Source: Chloroflexota bacterium
Lineage (GTDB): Bacteria; Chloroflexota; Limnocylindria; Limnocylindrales; CSP1-4
Assembly: GCA_919901745.1 (NCBI GenBank)
Contig: CAKKPP010000004.1
Location: 121,818-185,817 of the forward strand
Reading direction: 5' to 3'
DNA length: 64,000 bases
Below, in pieces: positions 42,142 through 51,095 of this stretch (position 1 is its first letter; each line of letters starts with the position of its first letter). Both the position numbers and the translations under genes were made by a program. The notes beneath the pieces are model-generated. The model was given only the letters and a program-made list of their open reading frames with translations. It was not told where the DNA came from and searched no databases.

Positions 42142-42756
42142 ATGACAGACTCCCCCAGGCGCGCGAAGTGGCTTCGCGCCGCCTCGATCGCGGGTGCCTT
42201 CGCCCTGACCCTCTCGATGGTCTCGGTGGCGTTCGCCCATGCCGAGCTCGTGTCCGCCGATCCGGTGGACGGCGCGATCATCGCCGGGACGCCGGAGCAG
42301 ATCCTGCTGCGGTTCACGGAGGCGCTGCTACCCAACAGTTCGATCCAGCTGGTTGGAGCCGAAGGCTCCGTGGCAAGCGGCAGTCCGCTCCCGGACGACC
42401 CGACGGCCATGGCCCTGATCCCCCCGCCGCTGAACCCGGGCTCGTATGTGATCCGCTGGACGGCGGCGACTGATGATGCCCACGTCGAACGAGGGGAGGT
42501 GTCCTTCACGGTCACGGAACTGCCGACTCCGAGCCCGTCGCCAACGCCGGCGCCTTCGCTCGCGACCGACATTCCACCATCGGCTCCGCCACCCACCGCG
42601 TCGCCGGCGCCCTCACCCGACCCGCTGCCTGCCCAATCCCCCACGACCGGAACCGATTCCGGATCGGGCAGCGATGTCGTCGTCGCGCTCGGGGCCGTCG
42701 CCCTGGTGATCGGTGCTGCGACCCTCCTGTTGCTGCGTCGGATGCGCACCCGATGA
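42142..42756 (+). CDS. copC: CopC-like copper-binding protein with C-terminal membrane anchor
   Basis: Signal peptide ending AFA, then HAELVSADP; GSYVIRW...DDAH; Pro-rich linker and C-terminal TM. Confidence 0.82.
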   Translation: MTDSPRRAKWLRAASIAGAFALTLSMVSVAFAHAELVSADPVDGAIIAGTPEQILLRFTEALLPNSSIQLVGAEGSVASGSPLPDDPTAMALIPPPLNPGSYVIRWTAATDDAHVERGEVSFTVTELPTPSPSPTPAPSLATDIPPSAPPPTASPAPSPDPLPAQSPTTGTDSGSGSDVVVALGAVALVIGAATLLLLRRMRTR

Positions 42757-44252
42757 TCCGGTTGATGCGACTTGCGGCCCGCTCGGCCGTCGCGGTCGTC
42801 GGGACCGTCCTCATCGGGGCGATCGTGCCGTCGGCCGTCCTGGCCCATGCGCTGGACGCGACATTCGAGAGCCGGCTGCCGCTCGTCGCGTACCTTGCCG
42901 GTGCGGCCGGCGCGGTGGCGCTGTCGTTCATCTTCGTCCTCGTTCGATCGACACCGGCTGGTCCCTCGGCCGACGATCGCGACGACGAGCATCGAACGAT
43001 CACCGTCCCTGGCTGGATGCGCATCGCGCTGCGGGCCAGCGGCCTGCTCGCGTGGTCGTGGATCCTGGCCCAGGGCATCATCGGGGGCTCGTCGGACGCG
43101 GACGTCATGACGCTGTTCCTGTGGGTCTACGGGTGGGTCGGCGTCGCGATCGTGTCGGCCTTCATCGGTCCCATCTGGCACTGGCTGGACCCGTTCGCCA
43201 CGCTCTACGACATGGGCGCCTGGGTGATCCGACGCGGGCAAGGTCCGGGCGACGAGGCGGGCGGTGAGGCCCGCGGTGAGGCTGGCGGTGACGACGAATG
43301 GACGGACGACGAGGTCACGACTGTACCCGGGCTCGGTCGCTGGCCGGCCGTCGCGGGACTGGCGCTCTTCATCTGGCTTGAACTCGCCATGGGAGGCGGT
43401 GGACGCACGCTCTTCATCGTGGTCATGGGGTATACGGCCGTCACGCTCACCGCGATGGCCCTCTACGGCCGCGACACGTGGCGATCGTCGGGCGAGACGT
43501 TCTCGGTCTGGTTCGGACTCCTCGGCAGGATGGCGCCACTGGCAACCGCCGGCGACGGGGTGCTGCGTCGAAGGGGGTTTGCCGTCGGGGTCCTCGATCG
43601 CGGCTGGACGGTTCCCGACGTGGTCCTCATCGCCCTGGGAATCGGTTCCATCCTGTTCGATGGGCTATCCCAGACGCAGCTCTTCTTCGATCTCTTCGGC
43701 GCGCCGCCACCGATCGCGATCACGGTGATCCTGGGCGCCTTTCTCGCGCTGGTGACCTCGCTTGCCCTCAGCGCGGCCCGCTGGGTCGGCCTGGCGGCGG
43801 CCGGCGCGGGCCTGCTGCCGATCGCCGTCGGCTATCTCGTGGCCCACTACCTGACGTTCCTGCTCATCGACGGCCAGCGGATCCTCGTCGCGATCTCCGA
43901 CCCGTTCCAGCAGGGCTGGGACCTGTTCGGGACGGCGTTCTTCGAGCCGAGCGGAGCGTGGTTGCCGCCCGGGCTCGTCTGGACGTTCCAGCTCCTGGCC
44001 GTGGTCGGGGGGCACATGATCGGGGCATGGGCCGGCCATGCTGCCGTGGCCGAGGTCGACCCCAACCCGGCGGGACAGCGTTGGCTGGACGGCCGGATTC
44101 GGCAGATCCCCCTCGCGCTCGTGATGGTCATGCTGACGACGGTGACGCTCTGGTCGCTTGGCCAGGCCGTCGTGAAGGAGCCGGCGGAGACACCCGTCAC
44201 CGCCACGGCCGTCGCTGTCAGCTCGCGCTCGGCCGGAACCTCGGCGCCCTAG
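42753..44252 (+). CDS. Polytopic membrane protein of unknown function
   Basis: About 10 TM segments; signal peptide ending AVLA then H; PIAVGYLVAHY, SDPF, GGH; ATGA-coupled to copC. Confidence 0.8.
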   Translation: MIRLMRLAARSAVAVVGTVLIGAIVPSAVLAHALDATFESRLPLVAYLAGAAGAVALSFIFVLVRSTPAGPSADDRDDEHRTITVPGWMRIALRASGLLAWSWILAQGIIGGSSDADVMTLFLWVYGWVGVAIVSAFIGPIWHWLDPFATLYDMGAWVIRRGQGPGDEAGGEARGEAGGDDEWTDDEVTTVPGLGRWPAVAGLALFIWLELAMGGGGRTLFIVVMGYTAVTLTAMALYGRDTWRSSGETFSVWFGLLGRMAPLATAGDGVLRRRGFAVGVLDRGWTVPDVVLIALGIGSILFDGLSQTQLFFDLFGAPPPIAITVILGAFLALVTSLALSAARWVGLAAAGAGLLPIAVGYLVAHYLTFLLIDGQRILVAISDPFQQGWDLFGTAFFEPSGAWLPPGLVWTFQLLAVVGGHMIGAWAGHAAVAEVDPNPAGQRWLDGRIRQIPLALVMVMLTTVTLWSLGQAVVKEPAETPVTATAVAVSSRSAGTSAP

Positions 44253-47200
44253 ACGGGAAGTGCCGCACCGATCGGAGGGCGCAGTGCGACCCATTCGGCC
44301 AGCGGTCGAACCTCGGCAAGGCGATCCATGACCGCCGGATCGAGCGCCTCGGCGGCGGCCATCGCCGTCTCAACGGCCGTGAGGCACAGGATCCCCTCGG
44401 CGGTTGCGGCGTGCCGGATCTCGGCCGCGTCGCGGACCGCCCCGGAGCGGGGCGTGGGCGTGTTGACCACGAGGCGGACCTCGCCCGAGGCGATGCACGC
44501 CAGGATGTCCTCCTCCCCGACGGCCGGATCGGCCACATCGCCGAGCTTCGCAACGGGCCGCGCGTCGAACCCGGCCACACGCAGTGCCTCGCGGGTTCCG
44601 GGCGTCGCGGCCAGGAGGTAGCCCGCACGGATCAGCCCCGCCGCCAGGCGCGGGAGCGCGTCCTTGTCGCGATCCGCGATCGTCAACAGCGCGGTCGGCG
44701 GCGGAGCGCCGACCTCGGGACGGGGCGGGACGAGGGCGGCTGCACGCAGCGCCTTCGCGAGAGCGACCGCCGGCTCGGCATGGAGCCCGATGACCTCGCC
44801 GGTCGACTGCATCCCGGGGCCCACTGACGGGTCGACGCCGCGAAGCTTCGCCGTCGAGAACGCCGGCGCCTTGACCGCGACGAGCGGCGGCGGCGGCAGG
44901 TGTCCTGTCCCCCACCCCAGGTCGGCCAGGCGCTCGCCGAGCGTGACCCGGACGGCGAGCTCGACCATCGGCACGCCGGTCACCTTTGACAGGAACGGCA
45001 CCGTCCGCGAAGCGCGGGGGTTGACCTCGATGAGGTACACGCCGTCCTCACGGACGATGAACTGGGCGTTGACGAGTCCACGGACCCCAAGCGCCAGGAC
45101 CACCCGTTCCATCGCCGCGACGATGAGCGCCTGGTCGCCGTCGGAGACGGTCTGAGGCGGGAAGAACGCCACCGAGTCACCGGAATGAACGCCGGCCCGC
45201 TCGATGTGTTCGAACAGGCCCGGAATGAGCACATCGACGCCGTCGGACACCGCGTCCACGTCAACTTCAAGCCCCTCGAGGAACCGATCGATCCGCACCG
45301 GACGGTCGGGGTCGACGACCGTGGCGGCCGCGAGCTGGCGTGTCAGGTCATCTGCGGAGTAGCAAAAATCGATCGCCAGCCCGCCGATGACGAAGCTCGG
45401 TCGAACGATGACCGGATACCCGATTCGCTCGGCGATCGTGAGGGCCTCCTCGACCGAGTGGGCCATCCCGCCCTCCGGCTGCGGGATCCCGAGCCGATCG
45501 AGGAGCGCCGCGAACCTCGTTCGTTCTTCGGCCTGGTCGATCGCCTCGAGGTCGCTGCCGAGGAGCGGGACGCCCCCGTTCGCGAGGGGTGCGGCAAGGT
45601 TCAGCGGGGTCTGCCCGCCGAACGCGACGACGGCCGGCAACAAGTCCTCGGGCCGCGCACCCGCGCCCGACTCGGCATCCACGATCGAGCGGACGCTCTC
45701 GAGGTCGAGTGGCTCGAAGTAGAGGCGTGTGGACGAGTCGAAGTCGGTCGAGACCGTCTCCGGGTTCGAGTTGACCATGACCGCGCTCCAGCCCAGCTCG
45801 CGGAGGGTGTCGGCCGCCTGGACGGCGCAGTAATCGAACTCGATCCCCTGCCCGATCCGGACCGGACCGCTGCCGATGACGAGGGCGGCCGGTCGAGGAA
45901 CCGGAGGCGCCTCCGGCGCTGAGCCGCTTGCCGCATAGGTCGAGTAGAAGTACGGCGTCTCCGCGGCAAACTCGGCGGCACAGGTGTCGACCATCGCGTA
46001 GCCGGGGACCAGCCCAACAGCCAGGCGGGCTTCGCGCACCGCGCCGCGTGGCAGCCCGGCCAGCCCCTCCAGCTCGTGGTCACCGAACCCGGCCCGCTTG
46101 AGCGTGACCAGCAGCGAGACCATTTCGGGGTCGGTGCTGTCGGCCAGGCTCGGACCGGCCGTCCGCGTCGCGGCTTCGAGGTCCACGTTGCGGCGCAGCT
46201 CCGTGAGGAACCACGGCGCGATCCCGGTGGCGATCTGGATCTCGGCCTCGGGCACGCCACGCCGGAGCAGACCGAGCACCCGCCAGAGACGGCTGTCGGA
46301 CGGGGCGACGAAGCGGCGGAGGACGATCGGGGCAGCCGTTCGCTGGGCGTGGCGAGTCGACTCGCACGCCGTCCCGCTCTCATCGATCCAGCGGATCGGG
46401 GCATCCAGGTCGGCGTCGTCGTCGTCACGAGCTCCCAGCGCCGCGGCGAGGTAGTCGAACGTGGGTGCCCATGCCGGATCCTCGGCGAGTGGCCCGACGC
46501 CGGCCTGCTCCAGGCCGCGCAATGCCTTGTTGAGCGCCGAGCCGAACGTTCGGTCGATCGCCATCACTTCGCCCGTTGCCTTCATCTGGCTGCCGAGGCT
46601 TCGATCGGCGGTCGGGAACTTGTCGAACGGGAAGCGCGGGAGCTTGACGACGACATAGTCGAGCGCCGGCTCGAACGCCGCGACGGTGGTTTTCGTGATC
46701 GCGTTGGGGATCTCCGCGAGCGTTCGCCCGATCGCGATCTGCGCCGCAACCCGCGCGATCGGATAGCCGGTCGCCTTCGAGGCCAGCGCCGACGAACGCG
46801 AGACGCGCGGGTTCACCTCGATGACCGCGTACTCCGTTGCGTCCGGCGAGAGGGCGAACTGGACGTTGCAGCCACCCTCCACGCCGAGCGCCCGGATGAT
46901 CGCCAGGGCTGCGCTCCGCAGCCGCTGGTGGACGGCATCGGTCAACGTCTGGACGGGCGCGACAACGATCGAGTCGCCGGTGTGGACGCCCAGCGGGTCG
47001 ACGTTCTCCATCGAGCACACGGCGATGCACGTGTCGTCGGCATCGCGCATGACCTCGTATTCGACCTCCTGCCAGCCCACGAGACAGCGCTCGACCATGA
47101 CCTGCTTGATCGGGCTGGCGCGCATGCCGGCGCGGATCCGCTCCCGGTAGGCCGGTTCCGTCTCGACGATCCCGCCACCCGTGCCGCCGAGCGTGAACGC

Positions 47201-47746
47201 CGGCCGGATGATCGCCGGCAGGCCGATCTCCGCGAGCGCCGCATCGGCGGCCGCGTCCCGTGCAGCCGGCGTTGCACCCTCGACGATGGCCGACGGAGCG
47301 TAGGGCTGCCCGATCCGCTCGAGCATGTCGCGGAATGCCTCGCGATCCTCGGCCATGCGGATGGCCTCCAACGGCGTTCCGAGGAGGCGGACGTTGTGTC
47401 GCTCCAGGACGCCGGCCGCGGCGAGATCCATGGCGAGGTTCAGCGCGGTCTGACCGCCGAGGCCCGCGAGGAGTCCCTCCGGCCGCTCGCGGATGATGAC
47501 CGCCTCGACCGCCTCGACCGTGAGCGGCTCGAGGTAGACGGCGTCGGCGACCGTGACGTCGGTCATGATCGTGGCCGGGTTCGAGTTGACGAGGATGGTT
47601 CGAACGCCCTCGGCCCGGAGCGCGCGGCAGGCCTGGGTGCCCGCGTAATCGAACTCGGCCGCCTGGCCGATGACGACGGGCCCGGAACCAAGAATCAGCA
47701 CGCTGGCCGGCCGGGCAACGCCCTTCGCGACTCGCTCCCCGGTCAT
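44249..47746 (-). CDS. carB: Carbamoyl-phosphate synthase large subunit
   Basis: GSGPVVIGQAAEFDYAGTQAC, IEVNPRVSRSS, GSGPVRIGQGIEFDYC, MGS domain. Confidence 0.97.
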   Translation of the reverse strand: MTGERVAKGVARPASVLILGSGPVVIGQAAEFDYAGTQACRALRAEGVRTILVNSNPATIMTDVTVADAVYLEPLTVEAVEAVIIRERPEGLLAGLGGQTALNLAMDLAAAGVLERHNVRLLGTPLEAIRMAEDREAFRDMLERIGQPYAPSAIVEGATPAARDAAADAALAEIGLPAIIRPAFTLGGTGGGIVETEPAYRERIRAGMRASPIKQVMVERCLVGWQEVEYEVMRDADDTCIAVCSMENVDPLGVHTGDSIVVAPVQTLTDAVHQRLRSAALAIIRALGVEGGCNVQFALSPDATEYAVIEVNPRVSRSSALASKATGYPIARVAAQIAIGRTLAEIPNAITKTTVAAFEPALDYVVVKLPRFPFDKFPTADRSLGSQMKATGEVMAIDRTFGSALNKALRGLEQAGVGPLAEDPAWAPTFDYLAAALGARDDDDADLDAPIRWIDESGTACESTRHAQRTAAPIVLRRFVAPSDSRLWRVLGLLRRGVPEAEIQIATGIAPWFLTELRRNVDLEAATRTAGPSLADSTDPEMVSLLVTLKRAGFGDHELEGLAGLPRGAVREARLAVGLVPGYAMVDTCAAEFAAETPYFYSTYAASGSAPEAPPVPRPAALVIGSGPVRIGQGIEFDYCAVQAADTLRELGWSAVMVNSNPETVSTDFDSSTRLYFEPLDLESVRSIVDAESGAGARPEDLLPAVVAFGGQTPLNLAAPLANGGVPLLGSDLEAIDQAEERTRFAALLDRLGIPQPEGGMAHSVEEALTIAERIGYPVIVRPSFVIGGLAIDFCYSADDLTRQLAAATVVDPDRPVRIDRFLEGLEVDVDAVSDGVDVLIPGLFEHIERAGVHSGDSVAFFPPQTVSDGDQALIVAAMERVVLALGVRGLVNAQFIVREDGVYLIEVNPRASRTVPFLSKVTGVPMVELAVRVTLGERLADLGWGTGHLPPPPLVAVKAPAFSTAKLRGVDPSVGPGMQSTGEVIGLHAEPAVALAKALRAAALVPPRPEVGAPPPTALLTIADRDKDALPRLAAGLIRAGYLLAATPGTREALRVAGFDARPVAKLGDVADPAVGEEDILACIASGEVRLVVNTPTPRSGAVRDAAEIRHAATAEGILCLTAVETAMAAAEALDPAVMDRLAEVRPLAEWVALRPPIGAALPV

Positions 47747-48897
47747 CTGCCGGCCCGCACCGCTGCGGCAGACACGAAGCGATCGAACACGGCGAGCGCA
47801 TCGAGCGGACCCGGGGCGCCCTCGGGGTGGTATTGCACCGTCTCGATTGGAAGGACGCGGTGCCGGAGGCCCTCGACCGACCCGTCATTGAGGTTGACCT
47901 GGCTCACGAAAAAGCCGCTGTCGGTCGGCAGTGAATCGGCCACGACCTGGACCTCGTGGTTCTGGGCGGTCACCTGGACGAGGCCCGTCTCGATGTCGCG
48001 CACCGGGTGGTTGGCGCCGTGATGGCCGAAGCGGAGGCGCCGTGTTTCCGCGCCGGCGGCGCGGCCGACGATCTGGTGGCCGAGACAGATGCCCAGGAGG
48101 GGTCGACCGTCGGCGACGATCGCGCGGGCCAGGGCCACCGGCCCGGCGAGACGTGCCGGATCGCCCGGGCCGGGCGACAGGACCACGCCGTCCACGTCCG
48201 GGGCGAGGACCTCGATTGGCGTCGCCGTGTGCGGCAGGATCCGGATCCGCGCACCGCGCTGGCGCAGCGACCGCACGATGTTCTCCTTCAAGCCGAAGTC
48301 GACGATCGCGATTCGCGGTCCGTCCTCGCCCGGATCCCCGATGTCGCGCACGGCCGCGCGCGAGACCTGGCCCACGAAGTCCTGGTCCTCCCAGCGCGGA
48401 ACCGCACGAGCTGCGCCGGACGCAGCGCGCCGGTCCAGCCGGCCGGGTTCCAGGATCGCGCCGCGCAGGCACCCGTTGGCACGCAGGTGACGCGCGAGGG
48501 CCCGGGTATCGATCCCGGCGATGGCCGGGATGTCGTGGTCACGCAGAAGTCGCGCGAGCTGCCGCGCGTCGTCGAGGACCGCGGCGGTGGCGTTGGCCAC
48601 GATCAGGCCACGCAGCCACGGCCGAACTGACTGGTCGTCGGCACCGATGCGCCCGTAGTTCCCGATGAGCGGATACGTCATGACGACGATCTGTCCGGCG
48701 TACGAGGGATCGGTACAGACCTCCTGGTACCCGGTCTGGCTCGTGTTGACGACGAGATCCCCACCCGAGGCGACGGGAGCTCCGAAGGCGACACCTTCGA
48801 AGATCGTGCCGTCCTCCAGGGCGAGAAGAGCGGGCCCGCGGTCTCCAACGCGAGGGTCGACGACCGAGGAGGCGAGCGGCGTGAGGACGTGGCTCAC
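47743..48897 (-). CDS. carA: Carbamoyl-phosphate synthase small subunit
   Basis: TGYQEVCTDPSY, SPGPGDP, GICLGHQ, QYHPE. Confidence 0.97.
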   Translation of the reverse strand: MSHVLTPLASSVVDPRVGDRGPALLALEDGTIFEGVAFGAPVASGGDLVVNTSQTGYQEVCTDPSYAGQIVVMTYPLIGNYGRIGADDQSVRPWLRGLIVANATAAVLDDARQLARLLRDHDIPAIAGIDTRALARHLRANGCLRGAILEPGRLDRRAASGAARAVPRWEDQDFVGQVSRAAVRDIGDPGEDGPRIAIVDFGLKENIVRSLRQRGARIRILPHTATPIEVLAPDVDGVVLSPGPGDPARLAGPVALARAIVADGRPLLGICLGHQIVGRAAGAETRRLRFGHHGANHPVRDIETGLVQVTAQNHEVQVVADSLPTDSGFFVSQVNLNDGSVEGLRHRVLPIETVQYHPEGAPGPLDALAVFDRFVSAAAVRAGR

Positions 48898-48962
48898 GAC
48901 GGAACAGAGGGGGTGTCGGGGTGCGGCGCGGGGCGCGGCGGCCCGTCGAGGGACCCGGACAC
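48894..48962 (-). CDS. Putative 22-codon uORF translationally coupled to carA (MSGSLDGPPRPAPHPDTPSVPS)
   Basis: AAAGGAGG 10 nt before GTG 48962; its TGA overlaps the carA GTG (GTGA). Confidence 0.5.
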   Translation of the reverse strand: MSGSLDGPPRPAPHPDTPSVPS

Positions 48963-48970
48963 GGTCGACC

Positions 48971-49033
48971 AGCCTCCTTTCCGGCCTCTCAGGACCGGTT
49001 CCCCGGCCTCTCAGGACCGGTGCTCAAGGACGC
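48971..49033 (-). promoter_or_regulatory. PyrR-binding RNA leader with two tandem binding loops
   Basis: ACCGGTCCTGAGAGGCCGG twice (22-nt period), matching the PyrR loop consensus RUCCNGNGAGGY; flanks GCGTCCTT / AAGGAGGC can pair; TACCCT -10 at 49039-49044. Confidence 0.8.
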
Positions 49034-49108
49034 CTCGAAGGGTAGCAGCACCGGGCCGTGACGTCCGGCCGCCGAACGATCGCGAACTTCGCGAGGACCG
49101 CTCTCGAG

Positions 49109-49981
49109 TCAGGTGCTGCCTGGTGGACCTGGCGCATCGCGCCCGAGACCCAGTCGATGGGCCACGGCGGCCGCCTCGACCCGCGACCGGACGTCGAGCT
49201 TGCCCATGATGTTCGACACGTGGACACTTGCCGTCTTTCGGCTGATGAACAGCACGTCGCCGATCTGCTGGTTCGACCATCCACCCGCGACGAGATGCAG
49301 GACCTCGAGTTCCCGCTCCGTGAATCCATAGGTGGCCGAGGCACCATCAGCGGCGACCGGCACGGTCTCGTTGAGGCTCCGATCTTCCTTCGGATCGAGT
49401 TCGATCCGGGCGTGTCGCGCCAGGAGCCGGACCGCCTCGCCGAGCGGCTCAGCGCCGAGCGTGCGAGCTGTGACATCCGCTGCACGTAGGGCAGCCTCGG
49501 CGGCATGGCGATCGCCCCGCGCCGCGAGGATCGACTCGGCCTCGCGGAAGCGCGCGTAGGCCTCCGGGAACGGACGTCCCGCCGAGGCCCATGCCGCGGC
49601 CACGCCCGCCCAGTCTGCCGGTGTGTCGGCGCGCTCGACGCGTCGCGCCTCGGCCGCGCAAAGCGACGCCAGACCCTGTCCACGCGAGCTGCCCGACACG
49701 ATCGCCTGCGTGGCAGGATCGGCGCGCGCGTGATCGAGAGCCGCGACGATCGCGGCCGCGCGTCTTCGCGCCATCTCAAGGGCGGGTTCGTCGCGGCGCG
49801 CGCGAGCCGTCGCGGCACCATCGGCCTCCGCGCGCAGGCCGAGGGCCGCGAGCCACGCGAGCGACGGATCCGGTGGGCCGGCGGGTTCGGCCATGCCACT
49901 GACGGTATCGATGATCGCCCGCACGTCCGCGACTCTCCCTTGCCAGATCGCCACTTCGGCCGACGCCGCCAGCACGTTCAT
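49109..49981 (-). CDS. LuxR-family HTH regulator; resembles only the C-terminal part of large ATPase-TPR-LuxR proteins
   Basis: FTERELEVLHLVAGGWSNQQIGDVLFISRKTASVHVSNIMGKL; ATG 49981 overlaps the sigma stop. Confidence 0.8.
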   Translation of the reverse strand: MNVLAASAEVAIWQGRVADVRAIIDTVSGMAEPAGPPDPSLAWLAALGLRAEADGAATARARRDEPALEMARRRAAAIVAALDHARADPATQAIVSGSSRGQGLASLCAAEARRVERADTPADWAGVAAAWASAGRPFPEAYARFREAESILAARGDRHAAEAALRAADVTARTLGAEPLGEAVRLLARHARIELDPKEDRSLNETVPVAADGASATYGFTERELEVLHLVAGGWSNQQIGDVLFISRKTASVHVSNIMGKLDVRSRVEAAAVAHRLGLGRDAPGPPGST

Positions 49982-50520
49982 CCGGAACTCGGAGGTGCCG
50001 AGGGAAGGTGTACCCGCAGTCGGGCCCGAGCCCGGCAGAGGAGGGTTCGCGTTGCGCCGTCGCTGCGGCCGAGATGGCGGGCGATCTCGGGGCCCCGATG
50101 GCCGCGGGCGGCCAGGACGACCGCCTCGCGGTCCGCGTCGGGGAGCTCGGCGAGCGCACCGGTCAGAAGGCCTCGGACCTCGTCGTCGACGGCCCATGCC
50201 TCGGGACCGGGAACAGACTGCGGAAGGGGCAGGCGGTCGGCGTTGCGGTCGGCAACCGTGAGGCGCCGACCTCGACTCGTCGCGAGATTGAGCGCGACAC
50301 GATGGAGCCACGCGGCGGGATCGTCCGGAGCGCGGCCGGCGCGGATCTCCCGGACGAGGCGGGCGAACGCCTCCTGCGCGATGTCCTTGGCGGCATCGGC
50401 ATCGCGAGTACGGCCGGTCAGCCACCTGCGAAGCGGCTGGAACTGCGTGACAAAGACGGTTTCGATGTCGGCGGCGCCCGACGATCCCGCGTTCGAGATC
50501 GCGATGACGGATGCGTCCAC
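49978..50520 (-). CDS. ECF RNA polymerase sigma factor
   Basis: AAKDIAQEAFARL, AWLHRVALN, ALAELPDADRE, EIARHLGRSDGATRTLLCRAR. Confidence 0.85.
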   Translation of the reverse strand: MDASVIAISNAGSSGAADIETVFVTQFQPLRRWLTGRTRDADAAKDIAQEAFARLVREIRAGRAPDDPAAWLHRVALNLATSRGRRLTVADRNADRLPLPQSVPGPEAWAVDDEVRGLLTGALAELPDADREAVVLAARGHRGPEIARHLGRSDGATRTLLCRARARLRVHLPSAPPSSG

Positions 50521-50875
50521 GACGGTGCCTCCCAGCGATGTCCGGCTGATGCCGGTGCCGGGAGCGTCCTTCTAAGGTGGCCGGCGGTGGATGGGACGCG
50601 AGCCCATGATTGCCGTGCCCAGCGGCTCATTTGTCGGTTGACGTGACGGCCCCAGCGCGCGCGTCGAGCACGCGTCGAGCACGCCTTGTGCGGGAGGCGC
50701 ACCAAGCGGCGGAATTCAGGCCAATTCGGTACGGGGCCACGCTTCGAGAACCGCCTGCATGGGGTCCATTCCGGCGATCTGCTGCGTGATGCGCACGCAC
50801 CGGCTTCGTCGTCCGACGCGGCGGTTGTCCCTCGATCCGTGGGCCGACTGCTACTTCCCATCGAGGGAACGACGA

Positions 50876-50901
50876 ACCCCCGACGGTTGCCCGACGGGGG
50901 T
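50876..50901 (-). terminator. Hairpin downstream of the tRNA
   Basis: Minus strand ACCCCCG-T-CGG, GCAA loop, CCG-T-CGGGGGT; weak U tail. Confidence 0.5.
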
Positions 50902-50920
50902 CGACGCGGAGTTCAGGGAC

Positions 50921-50995
<75 letters not shown>

Positions 50996-51095
50996 GCGAG
51001 CGGCGATGGTACCGCAGGTTGCGCGCAAGCCGCATCCATCACCCCGCCGCGAGACGGGCCCGCGGCCTCGGGCCCGCGGGGCTCGGGGGGGTGGA

